This document shows, piece by piece, positions 6,730 to 11,761 of a stretch of DNA of 11,761 nucleotides (position 1 is the stretch's first letter; the number at the start of each line of letters is the position of its first letter). The notes beneath the pieces were generated by a model. It made no database searches, was not told where the DNA came from, and saw only the letters and a program-made list of their open reading frames with translations. Position numbers and translations under genes: made by a program. Origin of the DNA: a virus (lineage: Duplodnaviria > Heunggongvirae > Uroviricota > Caudoviricetes). Location of the stretch: positions 1-11,761 of IMG/VR virus record IMGVR_UViG_2585427768_000001; one strand, 5' to 3'.

Positions 6730-7152
6730 GTGGCAAAAGTTTTTACACAAGAAGAGCGGGAAAAAATTAAAGGGCAGGTTGTTGAACTCGTACGCCAGAG
6801 TGGGCGCGAGACGTTACGACAACTGGAAACTAAAACTGGGGCAACAAGATATCTGATGAGCGTTCTGGCCAGAGAGCTGGTTGCCAGTGGCGATGTATAC
6901 AACTCTGGTTACGGGTTATTCCCGTCTGAACAGGCGCGTAAGGACTGGCAAAATGCCCGTAAAAAGCTCTCAAGGGCAAAGCTGAAGAAACCATCTGCGG
7001 TTGATCCGGACCTTATCTGGTCATTACCTGACGGAGAAATACGTCGCTACGACAGGCGTCAGAACATAATCTGTCGCGAGTGCCGGAAGAGCGAAGTTAT
7101 GCAGCGCATATTGTCGTTTTATCAGGGTAATTTTCAGAAGGTGCTGTTGTGA
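6730..7152 (+). CDS. Hypothetical protein (140 aa) downstream of the O-like initiator; no Walker A motif
   Basis: GTG 6730 preceded by AGGAGGG 3 nt upstream; product MAKVFTQEEREKIKGQVVELVRQSGRETLRQLETKTGATRYLMSVLARELVASGDVYNSGYG..., with CxxC near the C-terminus (CRECRK). Confidence 0.6.
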   Translation: MAKVFTQEEREKIKGQVVELVRQSGRETLRQLETKTGATRYLMSVLARELVASGDVYNSGYGLFPSEQARKDWQNARKKLSRAKLKKPSAVDPDLIWSLPDGEIRRYDRRQNIICRECRKSEVMQRILSFYQGNFQKVLL

Positions 7153-7257
7153 GCCAAATTAACAATCGGAACTTCGTGAAGAGAAAGCATAATCCAAATC
7201 TGAATAATTAAGTTCAGCACTGTAAATAAAATTTAATCCTTAACTGGAGGTATATCT

Positions 7258-7470
7258 ATGTCAAATACACAGAAAATTATTAACACTGAAAAATATAACG
7301 AGTGGGTGAAAAAATTCTCTGAACAGATTTTTAAAATTACTGGCGACGAGAATGTGGCAAAAAATGAATTAGAACCGTGGACACCTGAAGGAAACGCACC
7401 AAATTATTGCTGGTGGGAAGTTGATCCGGTTGATGCTGCAAATGAAGCCATGAGTTACCACAACGATTAA
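7258..7470 (+). CDS. Hypothetical small protein (70 aa), AT-rich accessory gene
   Basis: ATG 7258 with GGAGG 7 nt upstream; product MSNTQKIINTEKYNEWVKKFSEQIFKITGDENVAKNELEPWTPEGNAPNYCWWEVDPVDAANEAMSYHND. Confidence 0.6.
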   Translation: MSNTQKIINTEKYNEWVKKFSEQIFKITGDENVAKNELEPWTPEGNAPNYCWWEVDPVDAANEAMSYHND

Positions 7471-7479
7471 TGTCGGGAG

Positions 7480-7497
7480 GCCGCCCGAAAGGGCGGT
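7480..7497 (+). other. Stem-loop with GAAA tetraloop (CCGCCC-GAAA-GGGCGG) between an SD-like GGGAGG and the next start codon
   Basis: Read from sequence at 7481..7496; GGGAGG at 7475..7480; next ATG at 7503; no T-run after the stem. Confidence 0.5.
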
Positions 7498-7502
7498 AAG
7501 AA

Positions 7503-7721
7503 ATGACTACATTATTCAGAAAAGAATATCCGCAAAAAAGTAGAGCGACAGAATTTTTGTTTCTCATTCTGTTTATCGTATTGATGATACCGATATCCCC
7601 TCTAATTTTTGTCTGGGCAATCGGGAAAATAATTGAGCCAGTTACTGAATTGTATACCGACGTTGTATGGGCGTCGTTCAACACACTGCACAATAAAATT
7701 AATCCGTATAAGGAAAACTGA
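7503..7721 (+). CDS. Hypothetical single-pass membrane protein (72 aa)
   Basis: Track ORF; hydrophobic stretch FLFLILFIVLMIPISPLIFVWAIG; stop TGA 7719..7721 lies 1 nt before the next ATG. Confidence 0.55.
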   Translation: MTTLFRKEYPQKSRATEFLFLILFIVLMIPISPLIFVWAIGKIIEPVTELYTDVVWASFNTLHNKINPYKEN

Positions 7722-7722
7722 T

Positions 7723-7986
7723 ATGGCAACTTTGACAAAAAAAGAACGGGCATGGTTGAACGAATTACAGGAAGTTCTTGATCGCTGTCCATCACCGAAA
7801 AAAATTGGCTTTTACACCATTGGCGATAAAAGCATTTACCTGTATGACCTACGCCGCATGGATGAAATCATGGAGGCTCTTGATAATCGTTCGTCGATGG
7901 ATTGGTGTGTTGCTGTTCATGATATGAATGCAGGGTTTGATGAAAAGATTTTGTTCCCCTCATCAGTTGAAAGCACTGCGGGTTAA
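7723..7986 (+). CDS. Hypothetical protein (87 aa)
   Basis: ATG 7723 with AGGA 8 nt upstream; in frame with track ORF 7633..7986; product MATLTKKERAWLNELQEVLDRCPSPKKIGFYTIGDKSIYLYDLRRMDEIMEALDNRSSMDWCVAVHDMNAGFDEKILFPSSVESTAG. Confidence 0.6.
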   Translation: MATLTKKERAWLNELQEVLDRCPSPKKIGFYTIGDKSIYLYDLRRMDEIMEALDNRSSMDWCVAVHDMNAGFDEKILFPSSVESTAG

Positions 7987-7996
7987 GGAGTAACAC

Positions 7997-8164
7997 ATGA
8001 CCACTATTACCAAAGAACGTATTGAATTGTTCATTAAAAACCCGCTTGAAAACGGGCTTACCCGTGGTGAACAAATGGAACTGGCACGGATTGCGCTGGC
8101 ATCGCTGGAAGCAGAGCCGGTTGTGTTCTGGTTTGAAAAATATCAAGAAGGGGCTACGGCATGA
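7997..8164 (+). CDS. Hypothetical small protein (55 aa), short paralogue of the downstream 114-aa protein
   Basis: Below the track's 60-aa limit; found by hand. ATG 7997 with AAGGAG 6 nt upstream; product [55 protein letters not shown]; stop TGA 8162..8164 overlaps the next ATG (ATGA). Confidence 0.5.
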   Translation: MTTITKERIELFIKNPLENGLTRGEQMELARIALASLEAEPVVFWFEKYQEGATA

Positions 8165-8505
8165 CGACTTTTACCAGAGAGCAGTTAATAGCTCACGCAG
8201 AGGAGACTATTGAAGCACAGAGACTGTGCATACCGGGCACAATCGACCATGACATCATCCGCACATATAAGATGGATATTGCTGTTCTGGAAATCGCACT
8301 GGTATCGCTGGCAGCAGAGCCAGCCGGTAAATTGCATGAATACAAACCAGTGGGATATCAGCGTCTGGTCGATGAGTTAACCATGCTGGTAAAGCAGTTA
8401 ACCTGGCAACTGAGGAAAGCGAAGCCAGACTGCAAATTACCGGATAAGGCGATGAGTTATCTGGAGCGGAACGGACTGATAAGCGTGGAGGATATTTTAC
8501 GATGA
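8161..8505 (+). CDS. Hypothetical protein (114 aa), paralogue of the upstream 55-aa protein
   Basis: Track ORF; shares the N-terminal MTTxT(K/R)E and the motif I-A-L-x-S-L-x-A-E-P with the 55-aa protein; DNA-level similarity about 80% over about 25 nt (8093..8119 vs 8304..8330). Confidence 0.6.
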   Translation: MTTFTREQLIAHAEETIEAQRLCIPGTIDHDIIRTYKMDIAVLEIALVSLAAEPAGKLHEYKPVGYQRLVDELTMLVKQLTWQLRKAKPDCKLPDKAMSYLERNGLISVEDILR

Positions 8506-8585
8506 CCTGGCCTGAAGCATTAACAACGGTAGGAATTGCGATGGCGGTGGCGCTGGTGGTGTATTCGATTTGCCGCTGGGGATAA
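8502..8585 (+). CDS. Possible hydrophobic micropeptide (27 aa), translationally coupled to the 114-aa gene
   Basis: ATG 8502 overlaps the upstream TGA (ATGA); product [27 protein letters not shown]; no strong SD; too short to judge from sequence alone. Confidence 0.3.
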   Translation: MTWPEALTTVGIAMAVALVVYSICRWG

Positions 8586-8796
8586 AAACGGTTTGCGGGA
8601 AAAGGAGAGTTAAGTAGAATTGCAGCGGGTGCTTGAGGCTATCTGTCTCAGGCATGAACACCAAAAGGCAGATAGAGAAAAGCCCCAGTTAACATTACGC
8701 GTCCGGCAAGACGCTTAACATTAATCTGAGGCCATATCTATGCTCTACACACGTAGGTTAGCCTCTTACGTGCCGAAAGGCAAGGAGAAGCAGGCT

Positions 8797-8952
8797 ATGA
8801 AGCAGCAAAAGGCGATGCTAATCGCCCTGATCGTCATCTGTTTAACCGTCATTGTGACGGCACTGGTAACGAGGAAAGACCTCTGCGAGGTACGAATCCG
8901 AACCGGCCAGACGGAGGTCGCTGTCTTCACAGCTTACGAACCTGAGGAGTAA
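8797..8952 (+). CDS. hok: Hok/Gef-family type I toxin (51 aa), HokD/RelF-like
   Basis: Product MKQQKAMLIALIVICLTVIVTALVTRKDLCEVRIRTGQTEVAVFTAYEPEE matches the Hok family signature; AAGGAG 9 nt upstream of ATG 8797. An in-frame upstream ATG at 8740 with its own GAGG SD gives the track's 70-aa form. Confidence 0.85.
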   Translation: MKQQKAMLIALIVICLTVIVTALVTRKDLCEVRIRTGQTEVAVFTAYEPEE

Positions 8953-9020
8953 GAGACCTGGCGGGGGAGAAATCCCTCGCCACCTCTGATGTGTCAGGCA
9001 TCCTCAACGCACCCGCACTT

Positions 9021-9049
9021 AACCCGCTTCGGCGGGTTTTGTTCTTTTT
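9021..9049 (+). terminator. Rho-independent terminator after hok
   Basis: AACCCGC-TTCG-GCGGG followed by TTTTGTTCTTTTT; GC stem, tetraloop and T-run read directly. Confidence 0.7.
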
Positions 9050-9196
9050 GTGAAAAAAATTCCCTTAAAGGAGATTTTTTTAACTAAAAAGGTTTACTTT
9101 GCTTTCGTATATGGTAAATTTTAGGAATTAGAATTTAAGCGCCCATCAGGCTTGCGTTAGGCAAGTCTGCTAAATCAACAAATTGAGGATAAAATC

Positions 9197-9556
9197 ATGG
9201 CACTCACTGAATTCGGTAAGGCCGTTAGAAAAGCGAGGATCGATACTGACAGTACTCTTCTGACTATGTCTCAAGAACTGGGCACTACGCCAGCGTTTCT
9301 TAGCGGTTTAGAAACTGGTAGCAAAAAAATACCTCTGAAGTGGGTTAAGAAGATTGATTCTTACTTCAAGGCCAAAGGTGTAGAAATTGAAGGGTTACAG
9401 GAGCTAGCGGCAGTTGCGAATGACTCAGTTCCAGTAAACGGTTTGTCTCAGCAACAGAAAATGCTTGTAGCGGGATTCGCTAAGTCGCAGTTTACGCCGG
9501 AACAGCTAAAGAGTTTTGCAGATTTATTGCAAAAGATTAATAACAATGAGGGGTAA
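9197..9556 (+). CDS. XRE-family helix-turn-helix transcriptional regulator (119 aa)
   Basis: ATG 9197 with GAGG 8 nt upstream; N-terminal HTH_3-like segment LTEFGKAVRKARIDTDSTLLTMSQELGTTPAFLSGLETG followed by an extension of about 60 aa. Confidence 0.75.
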   Translation: MALTEFGKAVRKARIDTDSTLLTMSQELGTTPAFLSGLETGSKKIPLKWVKKIDSYFKAKGVEIEGLQELAAVANDSVPVNGLSQQQKMLVAGFAKSQFTPEQLKSFADLLQKINNNEG

Positions 9557-9558
9557 TT

Positions 9559-10035
9559 ATGTATCAAATGAGAGGTAACAGGGTGTCACCGATGCAAGAA
9601 GAAGAAATAGCCTACAGAGCTATAAACTTCTGTAATGCTATTGGTCTTACAGCCTCAAAGCGCAAAAGAAAGCGTTATGATATGTTCTTTGAAAGCCTGT
9701 CAATTTATGGGGTTACTCTTGACGTCAGGACCGACAAAGAGTGGGAGGCTCTGACGTATGATCTAACTATCGGACATTGTGACCCCGCTTCTCTAACAAT
9801 TACGGTTCCCAATAAAATATATGTGAATGCTTGCCTTGGGGAAGAGCATGCACTTGCTGTTATCTTCCACGAGCTAGGTCATTTGCTTCTTGGACACAAA
9901 GCAGTTTTACACTTTTCAGTTAAAGAACCTACTCGTATTGAGGATGCAGAATGGCAGGCAGATACATTTGCGGATATCGTACTGGAAACAATTGGCGTGA
10001 GAACACAACAGATGTCGTTCGATTTTTATATGTAA
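9559..10035 (+). CDS. ImmA/IrrE-family zinc metallopeptidase (158 aa; HExxH)
   Basis: ATG 9559 is 2 nt after the HTH gene stop, with GAGGGG 5 nt upstream; HExxH motif in HELGHLLLGH plus a downstream E/D-rich segment, typical of the ImmA/IrrE family. Confidence 0.75.
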   Translation: MYQMRGNRVSPMQEEEIAYRAINFCNAIGLTASKRKRKRYDMFFESLSIYGVTLDVRTDKEWEALTYDLTIGHCDPASLTITVPNKIYVNACLGEEHALAVIFHELGHLLLGHKAVLHFSVKEPTRIEDAEWQADTFADIVLETIGVRTQQMSFDFYM

Positions 10036-10036
10036 A

Positions 10037-10060
10037 AGCCCTGCGCTAACAGGGCTTTTA
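10037..10060 (+). terminator. Probable intrinsic terminator after the peptidase gene
   Basis: AGCCCTG-CGCTAA-CAGGGCT followed by TTTTA; the T-run is short. Confidence 0.5.
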
Positions 10061-10164
10061 GGGACGGAAAGTGCGCTAACACATTCCGTAGTGTATGGAG
10101 ATAATCCAATCACAACACTTTTTGTAGACAAGCGAAGTGTAGTGGTTCTCCCAACAAAGTGCAA

Positions 10165-10182
10165 CCTGTGTGGATTCACAGG
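10165..10182. promoter_or_regulatory. Inverted repeat CCTGTG-N6-CACAGG upstream of the Cys-rich ORF; candidate operator
   Basis: Perfect 6-bp arms read directly; lies 21 nt upstream of ATG 10203. Confidence 0.35.
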
Positions 10183-10202
10183 TGAGCAGGGAAAACGAAA
10201 TC

Positions 10203-10352
10203 ATGGCAATGGGTACCTGTCGCAAATGTGGCTGTCCATGTGAGATCATTTTTCGCTACTCTGTGTGTGTAGATGGTGTAATGCGCCACGCGAAAAAAGG
10301 GAAGCCTTTCCCGATCCCACTTTGCAGTTGTAGTGGCAAGCACGCAGCTTGA
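10203..10352 (+). CDS. Cys-rich mini-protein (49 aa; 7 Cys), putative metal-binding
   Basis: ATG 10203 with AGGGAA 9-10 nt upstream; product MAMGTCRKCGCPCEIIFRYSVCVDGVMRHAKKGKPFPIPLCSCSGKHAA; the track's 60-aa form starts at GTG 10170 inside the inverted repeat. Confidence 0.45.
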   Translation: MAMGTCRKCGCPCEIIFRYSVCVDGVMRHAKKGKPFPIPLCSCSGKHAA

Positions 10353-10366
10353 TATTCAGTACTGAC

Positions 10367-10398
10367 AAAACCCGCTTCGGCGGGGTTTGTTTTTTTTT
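10367..10398 (+). terminator. Rho-independent terminator after the Cys-rich ORF; core identical to the hok terminator
   Basis: AAAACCCGC-TTCG-GCGGGGTTT followed by GTTTTTTTTT; the 16-nt AACCCGCTTCGGCGGG is identical to 9021..9036. Confidence 0.7.
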
Positions 10399-10467
10399 GG
10401 CATTCAGGTTTACAATTCGCACGTCAGCCTGAACAACTGGCACCTGCTGCGCCAGCAGAGAAAGACG

Positions 10468-10746
10468 ATGGCGCACAATACCAAATCACACAATTCTGAT
10501 AATTCAGCTGTCTTTGCCAGCAGGCACGGGCGGCGTTCCCGCACATTCAAATCTGATTGGTACCAGCATCCCCCATGTACTGAAGAACAAGCTGAATGGC
10601 TAATTCAGTGCTACCGCAGACACGGATACGAGATTAAGAAAGCCCTCAGCCTCGATTATCGTCACTGGATAATCTCCGTCAGGCTTCCTTACTCTGAACG
10701 CCCACCGCGTCCGTCCCGCACATTCCAGCAACGCATCTGGAGGTAA
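10468..10746 (+). CDS. Hypothetical protein (92 aa), rem-position gene
   Basis: In frame with track ORF 10387..10746 (which starts in the terminator T-run); ATG 10468 with a weak GAGAAAG SD; product MAHNTKSHNSDNSAVFASRHGRRSRTFKSDWYQHPPCTEEQAEWLIQCYRRHGYEIKK... Confidence 0.45.
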   Translation: MAHNTKSHNSDNSAVFASRHGRRSRTFKSDWYQHPPCTEEQAEWLIQCYRRHGYEIKKALSLDYRHWIISVRLPYSERPPRPSRTFQQRIWR

Positions 10747-10747
10747 C

Positions 10748-11291
10748 GTGCGGGTATTACTTCGACCTGTTCTGGTACCGGAACTCGGGCTGGTGATCGT
10801 TAAGCCGGGCCGTGAATCCATGCCGGTATTCCACAATACCCGGGTACTGGTGGAGCCGGAACCGAAAAGCATGCGTAATCTGTCGTCCGGGGTCGTTCCT
10901 GCCGTTCGCCAGCCGCTGGCGGAGGATAAATCATTACTGCCATTTTTCAGCGACGAACGAGTGATTCGTGCTGCTGGTGGCGCTGGCGCATTGTCTGACT
11001 GGTTACTGCGCCATGTTAAATCCTGCCAGTGGCCACACGGCGATTATCACCACAGTGAAACCGTCATTCACCGTTATGGTACCGGCGCAATGGTGTTGTG
11101 CTGGCACTGCGACAACCAGCTGCGCGACCAGACCTCCGAATCACTCGGGCAACTTGCTCACCAAAACCTGTCTGCATGGATGATTGACGTCATACGCCAT
11201 GCAATGAATGGCTCGCAGGAACGGGAATTATCGCTGGCTGAATTATCCTGGTGGGCGGTCCGCAATCAGGTGGCGGACGCGCTACCGGAAG
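10748..11291 (+). pseudogene. DUF968-like (YdfU-like) Cys/His-rich protein gene, 3' part removed by IS insertion
   Basis: GTG 10748 with GGAGG 4 nt upstream, overlapping the upstream stop; Cys/His motif CQWPHGDYHH...CWHCDNQ; the frame runs into the IS terminal repeat at 11292, so the track ORF tail after ...ADALPEV is IS-derived. Confidence 0.55.

Positions 11292-11761
<470 letters not shown>

Noticed and set aside
6282-6902. Minus-strand ORFs 6282..6644 and 6693..6902
   Set aside because: Antisense to the O-like initiator and the 140-aa gene; no translation signals.
7337-7795. Minus-strand 152-aa ORF spanning three plus-strand genes, and minus-strand ORF 7868..8146
   Set aside because: They cross the boundaries of three SD-supported, coupled plus-strand genes, which is implausible; no SD.
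8022-8213. Plus-strand 63-aa track ORF
   Set aside because: Alternative frame overlapping the 55-aa and 114-aa genes, which have proper SD and ATGA coupling; basic low-complexity translation.
9916-10872. Minus-strand ORFs 9916..10179, 10246..10476 and 10600..10872
   Set aside because: Antisense to the peptidase, Cys-rich and 92-aa/DUF968-like genes, and they cross terminators.
373-10980. Chi sites (GCTGGTGG) at about 373, 5539, 8553 and 10973 on the plus strand
   Set aside because: Four in 11.8 kb is not clearly above the E. coli background and there is no strand-biased clustering; not reported as a feature.

Overview
This window reads as a segment of a Rac-like lambdoid prophage of E. coli/Shigella type, annotated by manual translation and motif recognition only (no database search was possible). 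Left to right: (1) the 5' part of a long leftward recE-like exonuclease gene that runs off the window start, so the ORF track missed it; I checked the minus-strand frame by hand and found no stop from 2283 down to 1. (2) Two small, translationally coupled leftward genes in the racC/kilR position. (3) An AT-rich rightward 91-aa gene in the sieB position. (4) A leftward pL-like promoter driving two unknown early genes. (5) The immunity module racR / ydaS / ydaT, with racR flanked by a 22-bp perfect inverted repeat carrying TAGGC-N3-GCCTA operator palindromes. (6) An O-like replication initiator gene containing five 15-bp-spaced palindromic iterons, a putative ori. (7) An AT-rich accessory region of six small rightward genes, including a paralogous ATGA-coupled pair and a 27-aa hydrophobic micropeptide, directly upstream of a Hok-family toxin gene. 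(8) A cassette of an XRE-type HTH regulator, an ImmA/IrrE (HExxH) metallopeptidase and a 49-aa Cys-rich mini-protein, bracketed by two terminators with an identical 16-nt core. (9) A DUF968-like gene cut at 11291/11292 by an IS629-like (IS3 family) element that runs off the window end. The best candidates for an undescribed system are the HTH/peptidase/Cys-rich cassette and the small-gene cluster upstream of hok; both are predictions from sequence alone. No tRNA, rRNA or CRISPR array was seen.
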